Positions 46,222 to 55,262 of a DNA stretch of 64,000 nt are shown here, piece by piece (position 1 is the first letter of the stretch; each line of letters starts with the position of its first letter). The notes under the pieces are model-generated. The model was given only the letters and a program-made list of their open reading frames with translations. It was not told the origin of the DNA and made no database searches. Location: the sequence record MT586120.1; one strand, 5' to 3'. Position numbers and translations under genes: made by a program.

Positions 46222-47640
46222 ATGTATAACAATGCTAACGCAGAACAGCTCATGGAGAAGTGGGCTCCTGTTCTAGAGCACGGAGACGGTATCCAGGACG
46301 CACACAAGCGTGCAGTAACCGCACAACTCCTAGAGAACCAGGCTGTAGCCCTTCAAGAAGAGCGCACCTTCCTCTCCGAGACTCCTATCACAACTGGCTC
46401 CAACGCAACTCCTGGTGCTGGTGCAGGCAACGCTGGCTTCTCAGCTGACGCTACCGATGCAGGTCCTGTTGCTGGTTTCGATCCAGTACTAGTGAGCCTA
46501 ATTCGCCGCTCAATGCCTAACCTATTGGCTTACGACATCTGTGGTGTTCAGCCAATGAACGGTCCTACTGGACTTATCTTCGCAATGCGTTCACGCTACG
46601 AAGGTCAGAACGGTCCCGAGACCTTCTACAACGAAGTTGATTCTGCTTACTCCGGTCAGCCCCAGAGAAGCGAGCAGTTCTATGTACAAGGTTCTGAAGG
46701 CGAGTCTGTTGGTCTAGGTACCACAGCCCAGCAAGGTTCTAACCCAGGTCTACTTAACCCAACTTCAGGCGCTCCTGCTAACCAGGTTGCTTATAACGAA
46801 GGTCAGGGCATGGGAACCGATGACGCAGAAGTCCTCGGTACCGCTGGTAACGAATTCCGCGAAATGGGTTTCTCAATCGAGAAGCTTACTGTTACTGCTA
46901 AGAGTCGCGCACTCAAGGCTCAGTACAGCATGGAACTCGCACAAGACCTTAAGGCAATCCACGGTCTAAATGCAGAAGCTGAGCTAGCTAACATTCTCTC
47001 CTCTGAGATCCTAGCTGAAATCAACCGCGAAGTCATCCGTACAGTATACAAGACTGCTGTTCCTGGTGCTCAGGCTAACGTTGCTCAAGCTGGCGTATTT
47101 GACCTTGACGTTGACTCCAACGGTCGCTGGTCTGTTGAGAAGTTCAAGGGTCTTATCTTCCAAATGGAAAGAGACGCTAACGCAATCGCTCAGCAAACTC
47201 GTCGTGGGAAGGGCAACATCATCATCTGTTCCGCAGATGTTGCTTCCGCTCTAACTATGGCTGGTGTGCTTGATTACACCCCTGCTCTTAACGCCAACCT
47301 TAACGTTGACGACACCGGCAACCTATTCGCTGGTACTCTACAAGGTAAGTACAAGGTCTACATCGATCCTTATGCTGCTAACGTATCCTCACAGCAGTTC
47401 TACGTTATGGGCTACAAAGGTACTTCACCTTATGACGCTGGTCTATTCTACTGCCCTTACGTTCCTCTTCAGATGGTTCGTGCAGTTGGTCAGGACACCT
47501 TCCAGCCTCGTATCGGCTTCAAGACTCGCTACGGCATGATCGCTAACCCATTCGCTGAAGGTGCAAACCAAGGCTTGGGTGCTCTTCGTACCAACAGCAA
47601 CGTCTACTACCGCCGTGTACAGGTCAAGAACCTAATGTGA
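46222..47640 (+). CDS. g23: Major capsid protein gp23
   Basis: KWAPVL; LIRRSMPNLLAYDICGVQPM.GPTGLIFAMR; KSRALKAQYS.ELAQDLKAIHGL; FYCPYVPLQM. Confidence 0.98.
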   Translation: MYNNANAEQLMEKWAPVLEHGDGIQDAHKRAVTAQLLENQAVALQEERTFLSETPITTGSNATPGAGAGNAGFSADATDAGPVAGFDPVLVSLIRRSMPNLLAYDICGVQPMNGPTGLIFAMRSRYEGQNGPETFYNEVDSAYSGQPQRSEQFYVQGSEGESVGLGTTAQQGSNPGLLNPTSGAPANQVAYNEGQGMGTDDAEVLGTAGNEFREMGFSIEKLTVTAKSRALKAQYSMELAQDLKAIHGLNAEAELANILSSEILAEINREVIRTVYKTAVPGAQANVAQAGVFDLDVDSNGRWSVEKFKGLIFQMERDANAIAQQTRRGKGNIIICSADVASALTMAGVLDYTPALNANLNVDDTGNLFAGTLQGKYKVYIDPYAANVSSQQFYVMGYKGTSPYDAGLFYCPYVPLQMVRAVGQDTFQPRIGFKTRYGMIANPFAEGANQGLGALRTNSNVYYRRVQVKNLM

Positions 47641-47673
47641 TTTAAACTCCGACGAGTTAATCTTCACAGTAAT

Positions 47674-47704
47674 AAAGGGGGCTCCGAAAGGGGCTCCTTT
47701 TTTA
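47674..47704 (+). terminator. Terminator after g23
   Basis: AAGGGGGCTCC-GAAA-GGGGCTCCTTT followed by a T run. Confidence 0.8.
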
Positions 47705-47741
47705 TGCCTCTAAATAGTACACGGTCTATTATATTATTAGA

Positions 47742-48308
47742 GTGCCTGACATCTATTACAAGCAGATAACCAATAGGAACTATATGAGTCCTCTTGGCTT
47801 TGACTTTACCATTGCTAGATTCCCAAAGGTATCATTCTTTGCAAATACCGCATCACTTCCTCAAATCTCTTTAGGTGGAGCGGAGCAATCGAATTACCTA
47901 AAGCAGCTTATGCATCCAGGAGATCGTGTTGAGTATGGTGAACTACCTATTCAATTTCTAGTTGATGAGGATATGATCAACTATACTCTAATTCATAATT
48001 GGATGACTGGATTAGGATTTCCTGAATCTTGTCAGCAGTTTTTGGAACAAACTACCGATGATTCTGGAGATAGGGATCTTGAATTGCAGTATAGTGATGC
48101 TTCATTAAGAATTCTAAACAGCAATTACAATACGATATCTCAACTTAAGTTTTGGAGTATTTTTCCAACATCATTGTCATCACTTGACTTTACAACCTCC
48201 GATACGGATGTTAATTACTTCACTGCTAATGTAACATTCCAATTCATGTATATGCAAATTTTAGATAAGGAAGGTAAAGCCTTATCACCTGATTATGTTA
48301 ACTCGTGA
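47742..48308 (+). CDS. g3: Tail completion/tube terminator gp3
   Basis: NRNYMSP.GF.F...RFPKVSFF; FLVDEDM.NY..IHNWM; position after g23. Confidence 0.85.
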   Translation: MPDIYYKQITNRNYMSPLGFDFTIARFPKVSFFANTASLPQISLGGAEQSNYLKQLMHPGDRVEYGELPIQFLVDEDMINYTLIHNWMTGLGFPESCQQFLEQTTDDSGDRDLELQYSDASLRILNSNYNTISQLKFWSIFPTSLSSLDFTTSDTDVNYFTANVTFQFMYMQILDKEGKALSPDYVNS

Positions 48309-48318
48309 CTTTTAATTA

Positions 48319-48753
48319 ATGAATTTAGAAAAAATCCAGGAAATGTGGGAAGCTGATTCCAAGATTGATATGGATAATCTCCACGATGAATCAATCAAAA
48401 TCCCACAGCTACATCAAAAGTATTACACACTGTATACCACAATTAAACTTCTACGGACAAAATGTAATGATACTCTAGCTAAAACTAGGTTAGAGAGATA
48501 CAACTACTACAGTGGTAAGGCACCAGCAGAAGCATATGTCGAAGAGCCATTCCCATATAAGGTAAGGGATAAGGAGTCAATGTCTATGCATTTGAATGCC
48601 GATGATAAGCTAGCAAAAATCAAGCTTAAAATGGATTACTATGATGTGATGATTTCTTTCTTGGAAGATATTCTAAAAATGGTTCACAATAGAGGCTATC
48701 AAGTAAAAAATAGTATTGACTTTCTCAAATTTCAATCTGGTATGGGGTTCTAA
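48319..48753 (+). CDS. uvsY: Recombination mediator UvsY
   Basis: LEKIQEMWE.DS.ID.DNLH.ES.KIP.LH.KY; NR.YQVKN.IDF.KF. Confidence 0.9.
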   Translation: MNLEKIQEMWEADSKIDMDNLHDESIKIPQLHQKYYTLYTTIKLLRTKCNDTLAKTRLERYNYYSGKAPAEAYVEEPFPYKVRDKESMSMHLNADDKLAKIKLKMDYYDVMISFLEDILKMVHNRGYQVKNSIDFLKFQSGMGF

Positions 48754-48944
48754 TGGATAATATTCCTGACTATACAGTAGATCTTACAATTGAAGACATT
48801 AGGCTTATGCATCAATGCATTGAGTATCGTATTAAGTATTGGGAAGGATCCCCAGCAAGACCACCAGAGGAGCAGGAGCATCTTTGGAAGGTTAGAGATT
48901 CTCTCTATGCGATGATGCTTGACTATACTTTTCACAATTTGTAA
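48753..48944 (+). CDS. Small hypothetical protein (63 aa)
   Basis: ORF track; W.G.PARPPEEQEHLW motif; coupled to uvsY. Confidence 0.75.
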   Translation: MDNIPDYTVDLTIEDIRLMHQCIEYRIKYWEGSPARPPEEQEHLWKVRDSLYAMMLDYTFHNL

Positions 48945-48989
48945 CCTCCTGAACATCGGCTAAATAACTTTAGCTGATGTTTTTTTTTA

Positions 48990-50450
48990 ATGTCCGACTT
49001 GATTATCAGCAAGAAGAACGAGGTGTTTCTTCAAATTGATTGTGAGCCACATATTCAATATGAGTTGCGTGATGCATTCTCATTTGAGGTTCCTGGTGCT
49101 AAGTTCCATCCATCATTCCGTAAGAGGCATTGGGATGGGACAATTAATTTATTTTCCCCACAAACCAAACAGATCTATGTTGGGTTGCTAGATCGTGTTA
49201 TTGCGTTTTGTGAACAGTATGGTTATACATATGAATTCAGGGACAATAAGTTTTATGGATTACCTTATGAAGAAAATGAAGAGATCTCTCCTATTGGTGT
49301 TACTGATTGGGTTAAATCCATTACTTCTTATAAGCCCAGAGATTATCAGCTCCACGGGATCTATACCGCTCTCAAATCAAATAGGAAACTTATCGTTTCT
49401 CCAACTGCGTCTGGTAAGTCGCTAATGATCTATGCCCTAGTGGCATACTATGCTCAACGCAATGAGAATATTCTTATTGTAGTTCCTACTACATCTTTGG
49501 TAGAACAGATGTATAAGGACTTTGAGGATTATGGATTTGATGTTGGTTCTTATTGCCATAAGATCTATGGTGGCAAAGAACTTAAAACTGATAAGCAAGT
49601 CACTATTACCACTTGGCAGTCTGTATACAAATTACCTAAACCATTCTTCCAAAAGTTTAATGTAGTCATTGGTGATGAGGCACATAACTTTAAGTCAAAG
49701 AGTTTAGTTAGTATTATGACTAAGCTATGTGACGCAAAGTATCGCTTTGGTTTCACAGGTACTCTTGATGGAACACAGACAAATAAGCTTGTATTAGAAG
49801 GGCTATTCGGTCCAGCATATAACACCATTAGAACAAAGGAGCTAATGGAAGCTGGTCACGTAGCTAAACTTGATATAAAAGTTCTCTTATTAAAGCATGA
49901 TGAGCAAACATTTAATAGGTATGAGGATGAGATTCAGTATCTTATCGGACACGAAAGAAGAAACAAATTTATTAGCAATCTAGCATTAGGTTTGGAAGGT
50001 AATACTTTGGTTCTATTCACAAGAGTAGAAAATCACGGTAAACTCCTTCACGATCTTATAAATAATAAGAAAGATGAGAAACACCAAGTATTCTTCGTAC
50101 ATGGTGGTGTTGATGTAGAAGAACGAGAACAAGTACGAGAGATCACAGAAAGAGAAAACAATGCGATTATCATCGCATCCTACGGTGTATTCAGTACTGG
50201 TATCAATATTAAAAATCTACACAATGTAATTTTTGCTTCTCCATCTAAATCTCGTATACGTAATTTACAAAGTATAGGACGTGTTCTTAGAAAAGGTGCT
50301 AATAAAGATAAGGCTATGTTATATGATATAGCTGATGATACGACAAAGAATGGTAAAAAGAACTACACTCTTAATCACTTAATTGAACGTATTAAAACAT
50401 ATAACGAAGAAAAATTTAATTATGACATAATCAATGTTAATTTACGGTAA
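48990..50450 (+). CDS. uvsW: SF2 helicase UvsW
   Basis: WDG.INLFS; SPTASGKSL; GDEAH; GFTGTLDG; QSIGRVLR. Confidence 0.96.
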   Translation: MSDLIISKKNEVFLQIDCEPHIQYELRDAFSFEVPGAKFHPSFRKRHWDGTINLFSPQTKQIYVGLLDRVIAFCEQYGYTYEFRDNKFYGLPYEENEEISPIGVTDWVKSITSYKPRDYQLHGIYTALKSNRKLIVSPTASGKSLMIYALVAYYAQRNENILIVVPTTSLVEQMYKDFEDYGFDVGSYCHKIYGGKELKTDKQVTITTWQSVYKLPKPFFQKFNVVIGDEAHNFKSKSLVSIMTKLCDAKYRFGFTGTLDGTQTNKLVLEGLFGPAYNTIRTKELMEAGHVAKLDIKVLLLKHDEQTFNRYEDEIQYLIGHERRNKFISNLALGLEGNTLVLFTRVENHGKLLHDLINNKKDEKHQVFFVHGGVDVEEREQVREITERENNAIIIASYGVFSTGINIKNLHNVIFASPSKSRIRNLQSIGRVLRKGANKDKAMLYDIADDTTKNGKKNYTLNHLIERIKTYNEEKFNYDIINVNLR

Positions 50451-50455
50451 GTATT

Positions 50456-50881
50456 ATGACTGATAAGAAGATAGCATCTATTAAACTAGTATCGGGTGAA
50501 GAAGTTGTATGTACATTACTGAGTATTGAAAAGGATGGTTCTTATACAATCTTATCTTTTACCAATCCATTAAGAATACAATTACGGGATAGAAGGAGGA
50601 ACAAAAGGTATTCATTAGAGCCTTGGTTGTGTCTTAAAAATGATACGATTCATTGTATTGATGTTACTAAAATTATTACAGTAAATGAAATTACTGATGA
50701 GGATGTTCTTAGTGACTATAACTCATACTACAGGAAAAAGATTAACTTAATGCCTAAACCTAAAAGGGAGATATCAACTTCTAATAAAATAGGTTATGTA
50801 GGTAATACAAAAGACTTTAAAGATGTTCTAGAAAAACTCTATAGAGATACTGATTCATATGAGAAGCCAACTGACGTATAA
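50456..50881 (+). CDS. Hypothetical protein, possible Sm-like fold (IKLVSGEEVVC)
   Basis: ORF track; usual position between uvsW and g55; AT-rich. Confidence 0.75.
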   Translation: MTDKKIASIKLVSGEEVVCTLLSIEKDGSYTILSFTNPLRIQLRDRRRNKRYSLEPWLCLKNDTIHCIDVTKIITVNEITDEDVLSDYNSYYRKKINLMPKPKREISTSNKIGYVGNTKDFKDVLEKLYRDTDSYEKPTDV

Positions 50882-50936
50882 GTATCTCTATGTTTCTCTA
50901 AGTACTTAAAGTGTCTTATCAACCTCGACAAGGCTG

Positions 50937-50965
50937 ATTGTACTCCATTTTGAGACCCTTGTCAA
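50937..50965 (-). promoter_or_regulatory. Antisense sigma70-type promoter back-to-back with g55
   Basis: Minus strand TTGACA-17 nt-TACAAT; downstream sequence is a near-copy of 3146-3182. Confidence 0.7.
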
Positions 50966-51025
50966 GTCTTTACCATTTATTGTGAATCTGTGCTATAATG
51001 TATCCATATAAGCAGTAGAAGTGCT

Positions 51026-51502
51026 ATGGCTAAAGCTAAAACTGAACATTACGTTAACAATAGAGATTTTCTTGATGCTCTTATCGAGTACCGAGAGAAG
51101 GTAGCTGAAGCTGCTGCTAATGATCGCCCTAAGCCTAGGATTACTAACTATATTGGGTCTTGCTTCCTTAAGATTGCTACCCACCTTAGCTATAAGTCTA
51201 ACTTCGTAAACTATATGTACCGTGAGGATATGATCTCCGATGGTATTGAGAACTGCGTACAATACATCCATAACTTTGACCCAGCTAAGTCAAAGAACCC
51301 ATTCGCATACTTCACCCAGATTAGCTACTTCGCATTCCTACGCCGTATTCAGCGAGAGAAGAGACAGCTTGATATTAAAACTAAGATTGTAGAGAAGAGT
51401 GGATTTGAAGCACTAATGACTTCTGATGCTAATCTAACCAACGAATACCGTAACGATTACAACGCAATCAAAGAAAACATCATTACCAAGCTTAACTCAT
51501 GA
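51026..51502 (+). CDS. g55: Late-transcription sigma factor gp55
   Basis: HYVNN.DFL.AL; YIGSCFLKIA.HLS.K.NF.NY; NFDP.KS.NPFAYFTQI; TGcTATAAT at 50991-50999. Confidence 0.95.
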   Translation: MAKAKTEHYVNNRDFLDALIEYREKVAEAAANDRPKPRITNYIGSCFLKIATHLSYKSNFVNYMYREDMISDGIENCVQYIHNFDPAKSKNPFAYFTQISYFAFLRRIQREKRQLDIKTKIVEKSGFEALMTSDANLTNEYRNDYNAIKENIITKLNS

Positions 51503-52554
51503 GTTTAGTTGCTATTATCACCGACACCCACTATGGGGCACGTAAAGGTGCTGACTATCTACACAATCATTTTGAGAAGTTCTACTCAGAAGTATTCTTT
51601 CCTACACTAAAAGCTCGTGGTGTAAAGACTATCCTTCACTTGGGTGATGCTTTTGATAGTAGAAAATCTATTGAATACAATTCCTTACAGTGGACCAAGC
51701 GTGTAGTCTTTGATCCAATGAAAGACTTTGACGTTCATATGGTTGTAGGAAACCACGACTGTTATTTCAAGTCAACGAATAGGACCAACTCCCCTGATCT
51801 TCTTCTACAAGATTATAGTAACGTTAAAACCTATTCAGATCCCACTGAAATCACAGTAAATGGTGAAAAAATCCTAATGTTGCCTTGGATATGTGACGAG
51901 AATGTTACTAGAACCAAGGAAATGCTTACTAATAGTGACGCAAAGTATGCTATGGGTCACCTAGAACTCGGTGGCTTTGAGGCATATCGCGGTCATAAGT
52001 TTGAAGATGATAAGGGGCTAGTAAAGCCTTCTGAGTTCAGTAAGTTTGATAAAGTATTATCAGGTCACTTCCACACAAGATCCGATGACGGTCACATCTA
52101 TTATATGGGTAATCCATATGAGATGTATTGGAATGATGTAAATGATGCCCGTGGTTTTGTTCTATTTGATACTGAGACAGGTGAGATTGAGTATGTAAAC
52201 AATCCAAACACACTATTCTCAATCGTATATTACGAGGACACAAAGCATCAATTATTCAATGCTACCGAGTATCGGGGTAAGATTGTAAAGGTTGTTGTCC
52301 GTAAGAAGACCAAGCAGAAGGACTTTGATAAGTTCCTAGATAAACTATTCAATGTTGGTCTGATTGATATGAAGGTCGTTGAGAACTTCAATATCCAAGA
52401 GACGGAAGATTTTGACGCTAGCGATGCCGAAGAGAATACACTCTCAATCCTAAATCGCTATGTTGATGACGCTGACTTTGAGGATAGTGCCTTGGATAAG
52501 AATGAAATTAAAAACTTATTATCCACCATTTACCAAGAAGCCTGTGAGGTCTAA
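51499..52554 (+). CDS. g47: Recombination endonuclease subunit gp47 (Mre11/SbcD-like)
   Basis: AIITDTHYG; HLGDAFD; VGNHD; MGHLEL; SGHFH. Confidence 0.95.
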   Translation: MSLVAIITDTHYGARKGADYLHNHFEKFYSEVFFPTLKARGVKTILHLGDAFDSRKSIEYNSLQWTKRVVFDPMKDFDVHMVVGNHDCYFKSTNRTNSPDLLLQDYSNVKTYSDPTEITVNGEKILMLPWICDENVTRTKEMLTNSDAKYAMGHLELGGFEAYRGHKFEDDKGLVKPSEFSKFDKVLSGHFHTRSDDGHIYYMGNPYEMYWNDVNDARGFVLFDTETGEIEYVNNPNTLFSIVYYEDTKHQLFNATEYRGKIVKVVVRKKTKQKDFDKFLDKLFNVGLIDMKVVENFNIQETEDFDASDAEENTLSILNRYVDDADFEDSALDKNEIKNLLSTIYQEACEV

Positions 52555-52850
52555 TGAAATCAGAAGATCAATGCTATCTTCTAACTAGTGTAGATAGTGA
52601 TGGTACCAACATATACTCTTTAAGAGATAATGGGAAGGAACCAGAGGTCCTTATTTTCCAAGACCGTGACGATGCCGAAAGGTATGCTATAATGTTAGAG
52701 CAAGACGACGGTTATATTGTTGGCGAAAGCTTAACTATGGATATAGCCGAAGTTGAACTGGGTGCCGCTATTGATATTTTAAATGAAAAAAAACGTAATT
52801 ACATCCTTGTAAAAAAAGAAGACTTATTTATTCCACCCCCTATTGACTAA
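52554..52850 (+). CDS. Acidic hypothetical protein (98 aa)
   Basis: ORF track; VLIFQDRDDAERYAIMLE; between g47 and g46. Confidence 0.75.
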   Translation: MKSEDQCYLLTSVDSDGTNIYSLRDNGKEPEVLIFQDRDDAERYAIMLEQDDGYIVGESLTMDIAEVELGAAIDILNEKKRNYILVKKEDLFIPPPID

Positions 52851-52851
52851 T

Positions 52852-54567
52852 ATGTTGATCTTCAAAAAGCTTCGTTATAAAAACTTCTTATCTTCTGGTG
52901 ACTCTTTCACTGAGATAGATTTTCTTGCGAATAACACAAATTTAATTATTGGTAGTAATGGTGCGGGTAAATCTACTATCCTAGACTCTCTCACCTTTGT
53001 TTTATTTAACAAGCCGTTTCGCAAAATTAACAAACCCCAGTTGGTAAATAGTGTAACTGAAAAAAATTGTCTTGTCGAGATTGAGTTTAGTAATAATAAT
53101 CGTAATTATTTGGTTAGGCGCGGTATCAAGCCTAACGTATTTGACATTGAGGTTGATGGAAAGCTCCTTGATAAGAGGGGTGATGATAGAGACAATCAAG
53201 TCACATTAGAAGAAAACATCCTTAAAGTAAATTATAAGTCCTTTACCCAAATTGTTATCCTTGGTAGTTCTACTTTTGTTCCTTTTATGCAGCTATCTGC
53301 TGCTCACCGTCGTGAGGTTATTGAAGATCTTCTAGACATCCGTGTATTCAGTTCTATGTCCTCCATTGTTAAGGATCGCACTAGGACTGTTAGAGATGAG
53401 CTAAAACTACTTGACCTTAAAAGATCTTCTCTAAAAGAGAAGGGTGAGATGCAAGCTAAGTTTATTGATGATATTACTAAGCGTGGTCAAGCCAATATTG
53501 AAAAGAAGCGTGAGAGTATTAAGCAGCATATGCTTGAGCAACAGCAACTCCAAGAAAGTTCTGTGGAAGTTCTAGCGCAGATTGAAACTCTAACCGCTGA
53601 ATTAGAAGAACTCAAAGGTGCTGGTGATAAGTTGCGTGAGCTTGGTGGTATGAAAGGTAAGATTCAGCAGAAGATTACTACACTATCAAAGAATCATAAG
53701 TTCTTTAATGATAATACTAGCTGCCCCACCTGCACTCAAGACATTGATGAAGCTCTAAGGCAAACCAAACTATCTGAATTAGGAACAGAAGCCAAGACTC
53801 TCAAGACTGGATACCAGGATCTTGAAAAGGCTATTGAGGCAGAAGAAACTCGTGAAGCTAGTTTTACTGAAGTCTCTGGTAACGTTTTAGATCTAAATCG
53901 CAAGCTAAATTCAAACAATACGAATATAACTAATATCAATAAGAATATTAGTAACCTTGAAACGGAAGTTGAGAGTATTCGTGAGTCTATTGAAAACCAG
54001 GGAGAAGCTAAGGAGCAGCTGTCTAGTATTGCTACCAAACTATCAGAAGTGACTGATAAGAGATCTGAACTCAATACTGAAATGGAAAGGTATAAGTTTC
54101 TCAACGAACTTTTGAAAGACGGTGGTGTAAAGACCAACATCATCAAACGATACATCCCCCTCATTAATAAGCACGTTAATAAGTATCTTCAAATGATGGA
54201 GTTCTACATTAACTTCAACCTTGATGAAGAGTTCAATGAGACTGTTGTATCACCTATCCACGAACGATTCTCTTATGCTTCATTCTCAGAGGGTGAGAAA
54301 ATGCGTATTGACCTAGCATTACTATTCACTTGGCGTGAGGTTGCTAGAGTCCGTAATTCAGTCAATACCAATCTACTAATTATGGATGAAGTATTTGATA
54401 GCTCACTTGATGGTTTTGGAACCGAAGAGTTCCTTAAGATCATCCGCTATGTTGTTAAGGATGCTAATATCTTTATCATCAGTCATAAGACAGAGCTACA
54501 CGAGCGTTTTGATTCTGTTCTCAAATTTGAGAAAGAACGAGGATTCTCCAAACTAATTTCTAAATAA
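52852..54567 (+). CDS. g46: Recombination endonuclease subunit gp46 (Rad50/SbcC-like ATPase)
   Basis: Walker A GSNGAGKST; Zn-hook CPTC; FSEGEK signature; LLIMDEVFD; IISH. ATG 52852 preferred to TTG 52843. Confidence 0.95.
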   Translation: MLIFKKLRYKNFLSSGDSFTEIDFLANNTNLIIGSNGAGKSTILDSLTFVLFNKPFRKINKPQLVNSVTEKNCLVEIEFSNNNRNYLVRRGIKPNVFDIEVDGKLLDKRGDDRDNQVTLEENILKVNYKSFTQIVILGSSTFVPFMQLSAAHRREVIEDLLDIRVFSSMSSIVKDRTRTVRDELKLLDLKRSSLKEKGEMQAKFIDDITKRGQANIEKKRESIKQHMLEQQQLQESSVEVLAQIETLTAELEELKGAGDKLRELGGMKGKIQQKITTLSKNHKFFNDNTSCPTCTQDIDEALRQTKLSELGTEAKTLKTGYQDLEKAIEAEETREASFTEVSGNVLDLNRKLNSNNTNITNINKNISNLETEVESIRESIENQGEAKEQLSSIATKLSEVTDKRSELNTEMERYKFLNELLKDGGVKTNIIKRYIPLINKHVNKYLQMMEFYINFNLDEEFNETVVSPIHERFSYASFSEGEKMRIDLALLFTWREVARVRNSVNTNLLIMDEVFDSSLDGFGTEEFLKIIRYVVKDANIFIISHKTELHERFDSVLKFEKERGFSKLISK

Positions 54568-54568
54568 T

Positions 54569-55198
54569 ATGAGTAAATTTAAGAACAACCTTATAGATGC
54601 TAATTTATTTCCTAGTTTTCTTTTATCTACTGATCTAAGATCTCTTGTTAGTAATAATGATATAAACTCAGAGTTTACTATTATTAGAAATATTGATAGT
54701 GGGTTGAATAAAACAAACGTTGGTGGGTGGCACTCCACTCTTTATAAGAAGAATAGTGATTTGTGTGATTACACTAACATAAAAAAACTATATGAACTTG
54801 TTTCTGAGTTTGTTGATGAATTTTTAGAAAATGATAAAACTAATTTATATACATCGAGTGTTAACTCATGGTTGTTGGAAAATGATTGTGGGTCATATAA
54901 TACACTACATAATCATGGTAAAACTGATCTAATTGGGGTATATTATGTTAATATTCCTGAGGACTGTGGTGGATTAACTCTAATAAGAACCGACGCATTT
55001 ACTCATACTGCGCTATGTGGTTCAAATAATTCTACACAATTTGCAAATTCCTTTACCCCAGATATTGATATCGGTAGATTGTATGTTATGCCTGGTCATC
55101 TTTATCATCATGTAAGACCATTTGATAGTGAAGGATTGAGGAGATCTATTGTATTCAATATTAATTGTCAAGATATAAGTTATAGACAATCTGAATAG
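54569..55198 (+). CDS. Putative 2OG-Fe(II) oxygenase (TIGR02466-like)
   Basis: TN.GGWHS; SW......G.YN..HNH; GVYYVNIP; MPGHLYHHV; RRSIVFN. Confidence 0.75.
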   Translation: MSKFKNNLIDANLFPSFLLSTDLRSLVSNNDINSEFTIIRNIDSGLNKTNVGGWHSTLYKKNSDLCDYTNIKKLYELVSEFVDEFLENDKTNLYTSSVNSWLLENDCGSYNTLHNHGKTDLIGVYYVNIPEDCGGLTLIRTDAFTHTALCGSNNSTQFANSFTPDIDIGRLYVMPGHLYHHVRPFDSEGLRRSIVFNINCQDISYRQSE

Positions 55199-55242
55199 TG
55201 TCCACTGCCCCGCCAAGGGGCTTTTTAATGCTCTATAATAAT
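55198..55242 (+). promoter_or_regulatory. Hairpin-containing promoter/terminator element upstream of the vWA gene
   Basis: GTGTCCACT-GCCCC-GCCAA-GGGGC-T5-AATGCTC-TATAAT-AAT. Confidence 0.7.
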
Positions 55243-55262
55243 TTCATTGAAACGGATACGCT

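Noticed and set aside
37673-54567. Introns, inteins or homing endonucleases in g17, g20, g23, uvsW, g47, g46
   Set aside because: All are single uninterrupted ORFs of ordinary length; no LAGLIDADG, HNH, GIY-YIG or intein terminal motifs noticed.
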